Assembly: GCF_008000775.2 (NCBI RefSeq)
Contig: NZ_CP042905.2
Span: forward strand, 2,280,001-2,312,000
DNA from: Promethearchaeum syntrophicum
GTDB lineage: Archaea; Asgardarchaeota; Lokiarchaeia; Sigyniarchaeales; Promethearchaeaceae
DNA length: 32,000 nucleotides
Direction: 5' to 3'
The position numbers and the translations under genes were made by a program. This document shows positions 1-8,324 of this stretch, one piece after another. The notes below the pieces were generated by a model that saw only the letters and a program-made list of their open reading frames with translations, was not told the DNA's origin and made no database searches. How positions within the stretch are numbered: the first letter of the stretch is position 1; each line of letters opens with the position of its first letter.

Positions 1-1
1 T

Positions 2-121
2 GAGATAGATAAAGGTCTGAGATTGTTAAAGATTCATTCTTGGCACAAGATAAACACTTTAATTCTTAGATTGAAAATTATCTGTAATAAGGGTCGAAAA
101 TCAGTATCACCAGAAATATGA
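2..121 (+). CDS. possible C-terminal fragment of an ORF truncated by the left edge (…EIDKGLRLLKIHSWHKINTLILRLKIICNKGRKSVSPEI*)
   Basis: Frame 2 is open from the window edge to TGA at 119-121. No recognisable domain. Confidence 0.25.
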   Translation, partial: EIDKGLRLLKIHSWHKINTLILRLKIICNKGRKSVSPEI

Positions 122-351
122 AAGTAGATTTGAAATGACTAATAAAGGAATCAGCCCTTCAATCTTGATCAAGCATTATTATCTTGTACTTTCTAATATT
201 AATGAAGTTCCTAAAGATCCATTCAGTGATGATAATTTAGTATGGAATAATCCCGAATATCTTTTCTTCGAAATAGAGATGATAACTTAAATTATTGATG
301 AAATCACGCAAAAAAGACATTTAAATAAAGAATAATATTGCCATTGTAGAC

Positions 352-579
352 ATGAAAAAAAAACCAAAAAATAAACATCTGGAAAAACAAAAATACGCAT
401 TATCGCTCTTAAAAAACGGGAAATCAGATAGCGAAATCCAAAAAAAAATCAAATCAAAATTTGGGACAGAATTGTCAAATCAAGATTTGCAGCGCGTGAA
501 AACTATCCTCTCTCTCCCACAGAAAGAATCCATATTCCAAGATCTTGAACAACTAAAAAAGAAAAAAGCTCACTATTAA
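352..579 (+). CDS. small basic protein with HTH-like motif
   Basis: 75-aa ORF. The core 'ALSLLKNGKSDSEIQKKIKSKFGTELSNQDLQRVKT' resembles the N-terminus of the 1943..2218 product. Confidence 0.55.
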   Translation: MKKKPKNKHLEKQKYALSLLKNGKSDSEIQKKIKSKFGTELSNQDLQRVKTILSLPQKESIFQDLEQLKKKKAHY

Positions 580-753
580 GGATTGTAGTAAATATTGCAG
601 AATTATTTTTGAACAAAAAATGTATCTTCGGTTATTTTCACTTTTTAATTAGACCATCCTCACTATCTAAAAAGGGATAAAAAGACCTAAATCAGCTTTA
701 AAATTTTGTAAAAAAAGAAGAAGTTAAGAGTTCCAATAACCCCTAATGCTATT

Positions 754-1953
754 TCAAGAGAGATTTTCGAGTTTTTGATTTTTTACGAAAAGAATCTTTT
801 TATAGAAGTTCACGGTTAGCAACATTGCAGTAATTCCAATAATTAAGATGATGAAATCTACCGGTTCATCTGAAATTCTAGAAATTCCGAATCCTTTTAA
901 TGATATATCCACAATTTTTAGAATATCATTAGTGGTGGAGATATAAACTCTATTATTTATAGTTTTCAAATCAAAAATAAGTGATTTTGAATACCATTTT
1001 GAAATTGACGATGGATGAAGGGGATTTTCTATATCGAATATTTCAAAACCATCAGAAAACTTGCAAATTAAGCGATTTTCTCTATTTTCACAGAGTTGAA
1101 TATTTACATTGTTTTCAAAACGAGAATTACTTGTATTTTCTAGAATTGGATTTATCGGATCTGTGATATTTATTATATATAAATTACGAAAACCCGCCGA
1201 ATAACAATAATTATTATTGATTTCTAAATCTCTTACTCCAATTTTCTTAATACTACTCACTTCAACCATATTCTCAGGATTTGTTATATCTAAAATATAG
1301 AAATCAGAATAATTTGAGATACAATATAAATAATTCCCCTTAACAACCATATCTGAAATTATAGAAAAACGCAACGTGTTATTTAGATAATGTGGTTCTT
1401 GATAATTTGAGATATTGTAGCTAAACAAACCATTGGGGCATCCAATGTAAAGAATACGATCTTGAATCTGGAAATCATCAATCCGCTTAAAATCATTGGT
1501 AATTTTACTTAATATCTCGGGGTTTTTTGGATCTGAGATATCATAAATCAGTAAAATGGTTGTCTGGGAAGAATAAAAAAATTCTTCAACGCCCGAGATG
1601 AAAAGATGATCATCAATGATTTTCACTTCCAGAATTTCACTCATATTAATGGGCATCTCTCCAACTAATACCGGTTTTGCCACGTTCTGAATTTCCAGAA
1701 TTTGAATTTTCCCAATTTGTGAGCTTACGTATGCATATTTTCCTGAAATATCAAAGCTAGATCTTTCATCAAAGGGATAAAGTGGGAATTCTGTGCGATT
1801 TAGATGGCTAATTTGAATGGGTTGCCTTAAAAAACTAAACAAAATTAATAGGATGAATAGTATCTTATAGGTTAGTGGTTTTTTTACAATTTTCTTAATA
1901 TTAAAAATTTTTTTGAAATCAAATGTTTTTTCTTTTTTTCCTTCATTTTTCAT
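754..1953 (-). CDS. membrane-anchored LVIVD-repeat / beta-propeller-like surface protein
   Basis: 399 aa. Repeated 'L.I.DIS.P..P..L' units (e.g. LLIYDISDPKNPEI, FYILDITNPENMVEV, LYIINITDPINPIL, FEIFDIENPLHPSSI). N-terminal TM (ILFILLILFSF) and C-terminal TM (VDFIILIIGITAMLLTVNFY). Confidence 0.75.
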   Translation of the reverse strand: MKNEGKKEKTFDFKKIFNIKKIVKKPLTYKILFILLILFSFLRQPIQISHLNRTEFPLYPFDERSSFDISGKYAYVSSQIGKIQILEIQNVAKPVLVGEMPINMSEILEVKIIDDHLFISGVEEFFYSSQTTILLIYDISDPKNPEILSKITNDFKRIDDFQIQDRILYIGCPNGLFSYNISNYQEPHYLNNTLRFSIISDMVVKGNYLYCISNYSDFYILDITNPENMVEVSSIKKIGVRDLEINNNYCYSAGFRNLYIINITDPINPILENTSNSRFENNVNIQLCENRENRLICKFSDGFEIFDIENPLHPSSISKWYSKSLIFDLKTINNRVYISTTNDILKIVDISLKGFGISRISDEPVDFIILIIGITAMLLTVNFYKKILFVKNQKLENLS

Positions 1954-2218
1954 TTTTTATCTTCTCCATACGTTTTTTTGTTAAAGCAAGCAATTCAAAG
2001 TATAATTTCTTAAAAAGAGCAAGTTCTTCCCTTAATTGATCATTTTCTTTCCTCAGCTGAGATACCTCATCATTTTTTTTTTGTAATTTTATAAGCGTAG
2101 TATTTGACACACCACTACCGAATTGAAGCCTTAATTTTTCTTGAATATCTCTGTAGGAAAGCCCCATTTGTAGTAGTTTTCTAGTAAGGTCCAATTTTTC
2201 TTTGCTAGATTTCACCAT
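1943..2218 (-). CDS. small HTH-like plus coiled-coil protein
   Basis: 91-aa ORF. N-terminal 'RKLLQMGLSYRDIQEKLRLQFG' resembles a HTH and is followed by a Leu/Glu/Lys coiled coil. Overlaps the downstream gene by 11 bp. Confidence 0.6.
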   Translation of the reverse strand: MVKSSKEKLDLTRKLLQMGLSYRDIQEKLRLQFGSGVSNTTLIKLQKKNDEVSQLRKENDQLREELALFKKLYFELLALTKKRMEKIKNEK

Positions 2219-2242
2219 ATTTTCACATCGATTATTCCTGAA

Positions 2243-2842
2243 TCATAATTCTTTTTTCAATTTCGATACGATTTCATTATGCTCATCAATTACTTCTAAA
2301 GTATTCTCGTGTTCAAGCAAAATTTTCCGGTTTTTATATTCATTGATCAATTTCCGAATTATCCAATAGAAAATTAGCAAGATTACTCCTAATCCAAAGA
2401 CCGGAGTGATATACCATTCCCATATTTGCATTATATGAAATAAATAACCTTCTCCCGAATTGTAATAATAGAGAGGAAGAGAATACAATTTTCGTGCTAT
2501 CAGCAAAATAATAAAGCTAGAAAAAACGATAATATTCCATTTTTGAAGCGTCATTTTTAATGATTTTGATTTCTTTCGCCAATTAAATATCCACAAAGTA
2601 AGAAATATTAGCGGAAAAATAGTAGTAAATGTAAAACCAAGAAGCGATTTAAAAATGGTCACATTAATGCCTTGTGAATATAGCCCAAATACAAAAACCG
2701 ATATTGAGCTATATCGAAGAATTGAACCCGTGTGAAAATAAGTCTCCACCCACCATAACATCAAAATATGTAACTCAAAAACGAATATCGAAAGGAGAAC
2801 TTTTTCGTTGTTGAGGGCCTGAATTATGCGTTCTTTTTTCAT
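2243..2842 (-). CDS. multi-spanning membrane protein of unknown function
   Basis: ORF track gives 2243..2902 from a TTG. The first ATG (2840-2842, MKKERIIQAL...) is the more likely start. About 4 hydrophobic segments and a charged C-terminal tail. Confidence 0.6.
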   Translation of the reverse strand: MKKERIIQALNNEKVLLSIFVFELHILMLWWVETYFHTGSILRYSSISVFVFGLYSQGINVTIFKSLLGFTFTTIFPLIFLTLWIFNWRKKSKSLKMTLQKWNIIVFSSFIILLIARKLYSLPLYYYNSGEGYLFHIMQIWEWYITPVFGLGVILLIFYWIIRKLINEYKNRKILLEHENTLEVIDEHNEIVSKLKKEL

Positions 2843-3074
2843 TATGATCTTCCTTTTTTCAGTAAATGAATAGTAATCATTTTGGTATATAAATGTTATC
2901 AATTATTATCATTTTTATATTTAAAGATATCATTTATAATTTTTATCATGCCCTAAATACGAAAGATTGATTTTAATCATATAATTTTTACTCATTCTTA
3001 TCCAAAATAGGAAAATTTAATTTTAGAAAAGAAGAATTAAAAAAAGTCAATAATCAGAATTATAATCTAAAACT

Positions 3075-3252
3075 TAATTTCACCGAGCTAGAAACGCCTT
3101 CCGCATGTAGGGTATCTGTAGTATTCTGATGGACTGTGGGTAACCGAGTTTCCTATTAACTCGATATGAAAGGTTTAAGAAAATTTTCCGAAAAACCATG
3201 TCGAGGGTTGATTGAGAAACAATATCGAAATGGTATGAGATATTGTTTTTTA
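3075..3252 (+). ncRNA. candidate structured non-coding RNA ending in a terminator-like hairpin
   Basis: Locally GC-richer, non-coding stretch containing CGAGTT(3145-3150)/AACTCG(3158-3163), GGTTT(3172-3176)/AAACC(3194-3198), and a final perfect 10 bp stem followed by T's. Confidence 0.25.
3218..3252 (+). terminator. intrinsic-terminator-like hairpin plus T-run
   Basis: AAACAATATC (3218-3227), loop GAAATGGTATGA, GATATTGTTT (3240-3249), then TTT. Perfect 10 bp inverted repeat. Confidence 0.4.
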
Positions 3253-3429
3253 TGGCAGGAATTTACCTCGATATTGGAGCAATCGATAATATTGCTGTTA
3301 TATTCTTTGGTCTTAATAATATGAATATCACATTATAAAAAATTCTTCATTTAATTGGAAAGGTCTATGGCAATACTATGGAACAATCCTCCATACTCAT
3401 TTAAATACCATCTTTTGTTCTAGCTATTT

Positions 3430-3819
3430 ATGGATTCCAAAGATTTGCAACATCCCGAGTTAATCCTAAATCAATATCGGATAAAGCTCTTACAAAAATT
3501 AAAATTGACCGCTATCATGATAATATGTCAAGAAATTGTATGGGTAATCTTTATCTTAATCCAGATAATCAATCTACCTCGGAATTTTGAATCGTTTCTG
3601 ACCATTTTCAGCTGGGTGATCTATGGATTAATTATATTTCTCCTGTTATACTATTACATACATCGATGTGTTGATTGCAAATTGGCTTTGAACAATATTT
3701 CATTATTGAAAAAGCAGCCATTATTTCTCTCTATGATAACCGAAACAATTTTTTTACTTTACCGGCGTATGCATAATACTAAGAAGCAAATCAAAGATCT
3801 CCAAATCCGACAAAATTAA
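3430..3819 (+). CDS. small two-TM membrane protein
   Basis: 129-aa ORF. Two hydrophobic segments (LTAIMIICQEIVWVIFILIQII; FLTIFSWVIYGLIIFLLLYYYI). Confidence 0.6.
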   Translation: MDSKDLQHPELILNQYRIKLLQKLKLTAIMIICQEIVWVIFILIQIINLPRNFESFLTIFSWVIYGLIIFLLLYYYIHRCVDCKLALNNISLLKKQPLFLSMITETIFLLYRRMHNTKKQIKDLQIRQN

Positions 3820-3917
3820 GCATTGTTTATAAGCTTCTTTGAAGAGAAAATTAAGCGAGAAAAAGTGTTGTCGTTTATTTTTATTATGGATTTTTTTCCA
3901 AGATAACAATTCTTTAT

Positions 3918-4250
3918 ATGAATTCATCTTATACAATTACTTATTTAGATATATCTCTCATTACCCTCCTGGGACTGTTGATTGTTACCAACTTAATTAT
4001 TACCAAATACTCAAAATCATGGTTGGAGAGTTATTCGAATTTATCCCATTGGAATGATTTTTTCTCTAATTACGAAATTATTACTAAAAAGAAAGAATTG
4101 AGCCTACTCGAAAGAGATTTCCAAGAATTCGAGAGTGAAAATTCTAAGCAGGGAATAAAATGCCCTATATGCGGGCGCTATCATAATTCGTTCTCAAATT
4201 ATTGTGATAATTGTGGAAATGAATTATTCAATCGGAAGGATGAACAATGA
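3918..4250 (+). CDS. membrane-anchored zinc-ribbon protein
   Basis: N-terminal TM (LITLLGLLIVTNLII) and C-terminal 'CPICGRYHNSFSNYCDNCGNEL' (CxxC...CxxC). Confidence 0.7.
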   Translation: MNSSYTITYLDISLITLLGLLIVTNLIITKYSKSWLESYSNLSHWNDFFSNYEIITKKKELSLLERDFQEFESENSKQGIKCPICGRYHNSFSNYCDNCGNELFNRKDEQ

Positions 4251-4534
4251 ACCTGATTTTAGAAAAATTTCATCAATCTCCACGTAGGAACAAATACGAA
4301 ATTTGGATCGAGATATTGGATTTATGCACCGCAGATCATATTCATCTTAGTGGTATTATGCGAGAATTAAGATTACAAACGGGAAAATGTAAAGAGTATC
4401 TAAAATTTCTGGTAGAACGAGATTTAATTTACGTAATTGATACTGAACAAGATGGAATCATCTATCAAACCACCCAAAAAGGCAGAGAGTGCCTAAGACA
4501 GTTTTTGGAAGACATAAACAAATTCTTTATGTAA
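4247..4534 (+). CDS. winged-helix DNA-binding protein (archaeal ArnR1-like wHTH)
   Basis: 95 aa. 'YEIWIEILDLCTADHIHLSGIMRELRLQTGKCKEYLKFLVERDLIYVIDTEQDGIIYQTTQKGRECL' is a typical archaeal wHTH. ATGA overlap with the upstream gene. Confidence 0.75.
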   Translation: MNLILEKFHQSPRRNKYEIWIEILDLCTADHIHLSGIMRELRLQTGKCKEYLKFLVERDLIYVIDTEQDGIIYQTTQKGRECLRQFLEDINKFFM

Positions 4535-4651
4535 TCTCTTTTTTTTTTGTTTTCTTTAAAATCTCCGACAAAGGTTTTTAGGTAGATAAAAAGGTACAAA
4601 TTTAATTAAAAAACGCTCTTCTAATATCTGATTTCAAATCTCATTTAATTG

Positions 4652-4658
4652 GGAGGTA
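4652..4658 (+). promoter_or_regulatory. Shine-Dalgarno-like sequence upstream of the histidine kinase
   Basis: GGGAGGT lies shortly before the ATG at 4668 ('ttgggaggtaaatattattATG'). Confidence 0.5.
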
Positions 4659-4667
4659 AATATTATT

Positions 4668-7019
4668 ATGAAAATTCGAACCCAAGTTTTTATTTTTATT
4701 TTATGTATTTCGCTAATTTCGATAGGAGTATACACGGGAATTATTTTATTATTTAATAATAACCTTGAACACGAGTTGAGAACATCAATTACTGAGGAAC
4801 GTGTTCAAGAAATAGAAAATGAAACCTTAAAGTTAATCGAGATAACAGAAGAGCGAATTTCAGATGAACTTACCAATGATTTTTATGTTTTAAAAACTTT
4901 AGCACTCTCTCTGGCTAAACCCTTATCTGAAGGGGATCTAGATTCAGTAACCTGGATTTATACATCATTAAATACCATGAATCCTACATTCAGTGGAATT
5001 TGGGTTGCGAATAGTAGTGATATTATTGTAGCAGGTTCTCCCCACCCTTATTTTCCAATAGGAAAAAACATTTCAAATGACATAGTTCATCAATCGATTT
5101 TAGAACTACTTGAAGATGGATATAATAAATCAACTTTTCCCCTAATTACATTCAACCCCTGGTTTGTTGGAGGGTCCGATATTGAAGAATATGGTATGGG
5201 TTACAATTATCCCATTTTTTATAATAATTCTTATGTAGGGATGCTCATGATGACTCGATCTTGGGATCAATTTCAGACTTTAATCCAAGGATTACAAATT
5301 GGCGATTCTGGAAATACGTTTCTAATTAACCTTAATGGCGATTTAATTGCGGGTAATTATGAAAATTTATCTCAACCTTATTCATTTAATTTTTTCCAAC
5401 AATATCCTGAATATAATTCTTCCCAAAACATCCTAAATCAAACGGTAGGAATAAGCTCTTTAAACATTGGGGAAGATATTGAATTTGTGATTTGTTTTAA
5501 AATGATTTCTATGATAAACAATCCATTTCCTGATTTTATAAGCCCTATGATTGCTCAAAAATGGATGGTAATTACCCTCTTTTCTATTGAAGAATTTTTT
5601 TCCCCCTTAGAAACAAATATAGCTATATTAAATGAAGGTTTTGTTCAAATGTTTCAATATATCTTTTTTAGCTTTTTGATCTTAATTATATTTATTCTAA
5701 CTAGTGCATATTACTCATCGAAGAGTATAGAAAACCCATTAATTCAGCTCATTCGTGCAACTAAAAAAATTAGACAGGGTGATTTAGATTGCACCTTTGA
5801 ATTAGCAAAAAATGATGAAATCAGGGAACTTACCCATTCTTTTTCTGAAATGGTTCTAAATTTAAAAAATACTCAAGAAAAACTACTAATTGCGCGAAAA
5901 ATGGAAGCTATTGGCAGACTGGCCGGTGGTGTTGCTCATGATTTTAACAATCTGTTGACTATAATTAATGGTTTAAGTCTATTGATGATTGACAATATTC
6001 CTGATGATAAACAAGAAATTAACTCTAATCTTCAAGAGATTCTAGATGCGGGTAATCGCGCAGCGGATCTCACCAAACAATTATTATCTTTTAGTAGAAA
6101 GCAGATCATTAAACCAAAAGTTCTGAACTTGAATACTCTCATTCAAAACATGTCACAAATGCTCCAACGACTAATTAGTGAAGATATTTTATTGGATGTT
6201 ATATATTTTGATAAATTGGAACCGATTTTTGTTGATCCAAATCAAATAGAACAGGTTATATTAAACTTATGCATAAATGCTCGAGATGCAATGCCACAAG
6301 GTGGAAATTTAACCATTGAGACTTGTAATTTCGATATATCTGAAGAAATTCTCGGTCTGAATTTAGAACCGGGAAAATATGTCAAGCTTTCAATCACTGA
6401 TACGGGATGTGGGATGACAGAAGAGCAAGTTCCGCAATTATTTGAACCTTTTTATACAACTAAACCACTTGGAAGAGGGACTGGTTTGGGATTATCGACA
6501 GTTTATGGAAATTTAAAACAAAATAACTGTGAAATTTCAGTTTATAGTCAAGTGGGAATAGGAACAACATTTTCTATCTATTTTCCTCAAACCAAACAAT
6601 CCAAAAAAGATTTAGTGTGCTCAAAACCCAACACGGCCGAAAATCTGCAAGGAAATGAAACTATCCTAGTTGTTGAGGATGATATTTCAATTCGTTCTTT
6701 TATATTGAAAGTGTTAAGCTCCATGGGTTATCACGTGTTAGAAGCAGAAAATCCAATAAAAGCTTTAGAAATCTCCCGATCTTATGAAAAGAGTATCAAT
6801 TTAATCATTACGGATATAATCATGCCGAATATGTCCGGAATTAAATTTAAAGCTATTTTATCAGAAGAACGTCCCGAGATACCTTTTATATTTATTTCTG
6901 GATATCCCAAAGCAAAAATTAATCAGAGTTTACTACAAGATGAATCTGAATTTCTTCCAAAACCTTTTTCTGCATCTGATCTTTGTATGACGATTCGAAA
7001 AATCTTAGGAGATTCTTAA
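4668..7019 (+). CDS. hybrid sensor histidine kinase (dCache-like sensor, HAMP, HisKA, HATPase_c, receiver)
   Basis: N-terminal TM; extracellular Cache-like region (GIWVANSSDIIVAGSPHPYFPIG…GLQIGDSGNTFLINLNGDLIAG); second TM; HAMP (NPLIQLIRATKKIRQGDLD); H-box GRLAGGVAHDFNNLLT; N/G boxes NLCINARDAMPQGG, DTGCGMT, GRGTGLGLSTVYG; receiver VVEDD…DIIMPNMSG…PKPFS. Confidence 0.95.
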   Translation: MKIRTQVFIFILCISLISIGVYTGIILLFNNNLEHELRTSITEERVQEIENETLKLIEITEERISDELTNDFYVLKTLALSLAKPLSEGDLDSVTWIYTSLNTMNPTFSGIWVANSSDIIVAGSPHPYFPIGKNISNDIVHQSILELLEDGYNKSTFPLITFNPWFVGGSDIEEYGMGYNYPIFYNNSYVGMLMMTRSWDQFQTLIQGLQIGDSGNTFLINLNGDLIAGNYENLSQPYSFNFFQQYPEYNSSQNILNQTVGISSLNIGEDIEFVICFKMISMINNPFPDFISPMIAQKWMVITLFSIEEFFSPLETNIAILNEGFVQMFQYIFFSFLILIIFILTSAYYSSKSIENPLIQLIRATKKIRQGDLDCTFELAKNDEIRELTHSFSEMVLNLKNTQEKLLIARKMEAIGRLAGGVAHDFNNLLTIINGLSLLMIDNIPDDKQEINSNLQEILDAGNRAADLTKQLLSFSRKQIIKPKVLNLNTLIQNMSQMLQRLISEDILLDVIYFDKLEPIFVDPNQIEQVILNLCINARDAMPQGGNLTIETCNFDISEEILGLNLEPGKYVKLSITDTGCGMTEEQVPQLFEPFYTTKPLGRGTGLGLSTVYGNLKQNNCEISVYSQVGIGTTFSIYFPQTKQSKKDLVCSKPNTAENLQGNETILVVEDDISIRSFILKVLSSMGYHVLEAENPIKALEISRSYEKSINLIITDIIMPNMSGIKFKAILSEERPEIPFIFISGYPKAKINQSLLQDESEFLPKPFSASDLCMTIRKILGDS

Positions 7020-7331
7020 GATAAATAGTAGAATTCACTTAAAAGTAAAATTAGAAGATCATGCAAAAAAAAAAGAGGAATTACAAAGTAGTAGCTAATA
7101 GCATTCACTTTTACCGAGCTTTACCCATTCGCTATCTGAACACTGCACAATAACAGCAATAACCTAAGTCTTACCCAGACCCCTATCACCCATGATCACA
7201 AATCTCTTCAAAAACCGGCTCATAATCTTTTCTGAGCGGGTGTGTGATATAGAATCGATGGAAATTAAATACTTTCATAGATATTGGTCTTAGTTCCCTT
7301 TTACCTAGTTGATGATCTCAAATATCCGAAA

Positions 7332-7664
7332 TTAATTGTCGATGCGCAATAACGTAAAAGACACCGGGCGTATTCCATCGGTACAACATGAAATCATTTT
7401 CGGTTTTTCTACCCACGGTTCATGATCTCCCCCGAGCGCTAACACTCTCACATCGGAAAAGATGTCTTTCCAAGCATAATTGCAGAAACCCTCAGGACAC
7501 CGCATATTTTTTTCCACCATATACTCATCACCCTCTTTGAACGCCGTGCACACCGTATACTTCTCCCCATTTGGTGCAGTTGGAACATTTCCATCGAATA
7601 TATACTCGGGCGTCACTCGTTTTAAAACGGTTATTTTCACTTTTGACCTAGCCATATTTTTCAC
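7332..7664 (-). CDS. TIGR04076-family conserved hypothetical protein
   Basis: 'KVKITVLKRV…CPEGFCNYAWKDIFSDVRVLALGG…MISCCTDGIRPVSFTLLRI' matches my recollection of the TIGR04076 pattern. Confidence 0.7.
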   Translation of the reverse strand: MKNMARSKVKITVLKRVTPEYIFDGNVPTAPNGEKYTVCTAFKEGDEYMVEKNMRCPEGFCNYAWKDIFSDVRVLALGGDHEPWVEKPKMISCCTDGIRPVSFTLLRIDN

Positions 7665-7693
7665 TTTTCTTAGTTTTGTTAAAAAAAATCTTT

Positions 7694-7853
7694 TTCCCTC
7701 CCTTCATTGAATCATCATATTCTCTTGAAGGATGGGTGAGATCCTTAGAAATTCGTGAATCAATTGTGCGTGCATTTGTCGTGATCTCATAGGTAGGATA
7801 GAAACAGAAGGATTAAAAAGATTTATGATTTGTTAAAAACCCAATTCAAAGAA
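7694..7853. repeat. dispersed ~160 bp element, copy 1 (element B)
   Basis: 'ttccctcccttcattgaatcatcatattctcttgaaggatgggtgagatccttagaaattcgtgaatcaattgtgcgtgcatttgtcgtgatctcataggtagg…' is closely similar by eye to 11625-11784 in the same orientation. Internal CCTTCA/TGAAGG and TGAGATC/GATCTCA inverted repeats. Confidence 0.85.
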
Positions 7854-8262
7854 AATTATTGTAAATCTATTTGGTTCATTATAAATAAAATATATAGCCA
7901 CTGTTATCTTGCTAAATTGAAGAGATCGAAAATTGTCTGATTATTTTTTCATTATATTTTAGTGAAATCTTAATAATGGTAAGAAATATTGAATGGATAT
8001 CATCATTGTTACTATATCACAGTGAAAAAATGGCATTTCCGTGTGATAAATCATCCGTCACTAAAATTAGATGAATTTTTCTTTTTAATACTCATCAAAA
8101 GAACCACAATTCTACTAACAACTAGACCATGCCATCAGATTATCCAGATAATCTGCTTCTATATCAACATCTCATAAACCATAACCAAATCAGGGGGTTT
8201 ACTCGCCGGATGTAAGCTCTATCCTTAAATCAGTTGGTCATTGTCAATTTATAATCAGAAAG

Positions 8263-8288
8263 AAAAAAAATGACCGAGATCTCGGTCA
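8263..8288 (-). terminator. perfect palindrome followed by T8 on the minus strand; likely 3' end of the C1A protease transcript
   Basis: TGACCGAGATCTCGGTCA (8271-8288) is an 18 bp perfect palindrome. The minus-strand continuation is TTTTTTTT (8270-8263). It lies 37 bp beyond the protease stop. Confidence 0.6.
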
Positions 8289-8324
8289 GGGGTCATCTGC
8301 ACCTATGTTCAGATAATCGTATTG

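Noticed and set aside
981-1166. + strand 61-aa ORF inside the LVIVD protein gene
   Set aside because: Antisense to a well-supported CDS, with no protein-like features.
3060-3252. Resemblance to a group II intron fragment (…GTAGTATTCTGATGGACTGTGGGTAACC…)
   Set aside because: Only a vague textual similarity to intron domain IV flanks. No domain V hairpin or reverse transcriptase ORF nearby, so it is kept only as a generic RNA candidate.
3754-4057. ORFs 3754..3936 (-) and 3839..4057 (+)
   Set aside because: They overlap the better-supported 3430..3819 and 3918..4250 genes in other frames.
7186-7279. Apparent short minus-strand reading frame (MKVFNFHRFYITHPLRKDYEPVFEEIL*)
   Set aside because: Only 27 aa when read carefully, ending before 7186. 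Too short to support as a gene or pseudogene.
7480-7710. + strand 76-aa ORF
   Set aside because: Antisense to the TIGR04076-like gene and partly inside element B.
7989-8177. 62-aa ORF in the 7.9-8.3 kb spacer
   Set aside because: Low-complexity composition, no domain, no supporting signals.
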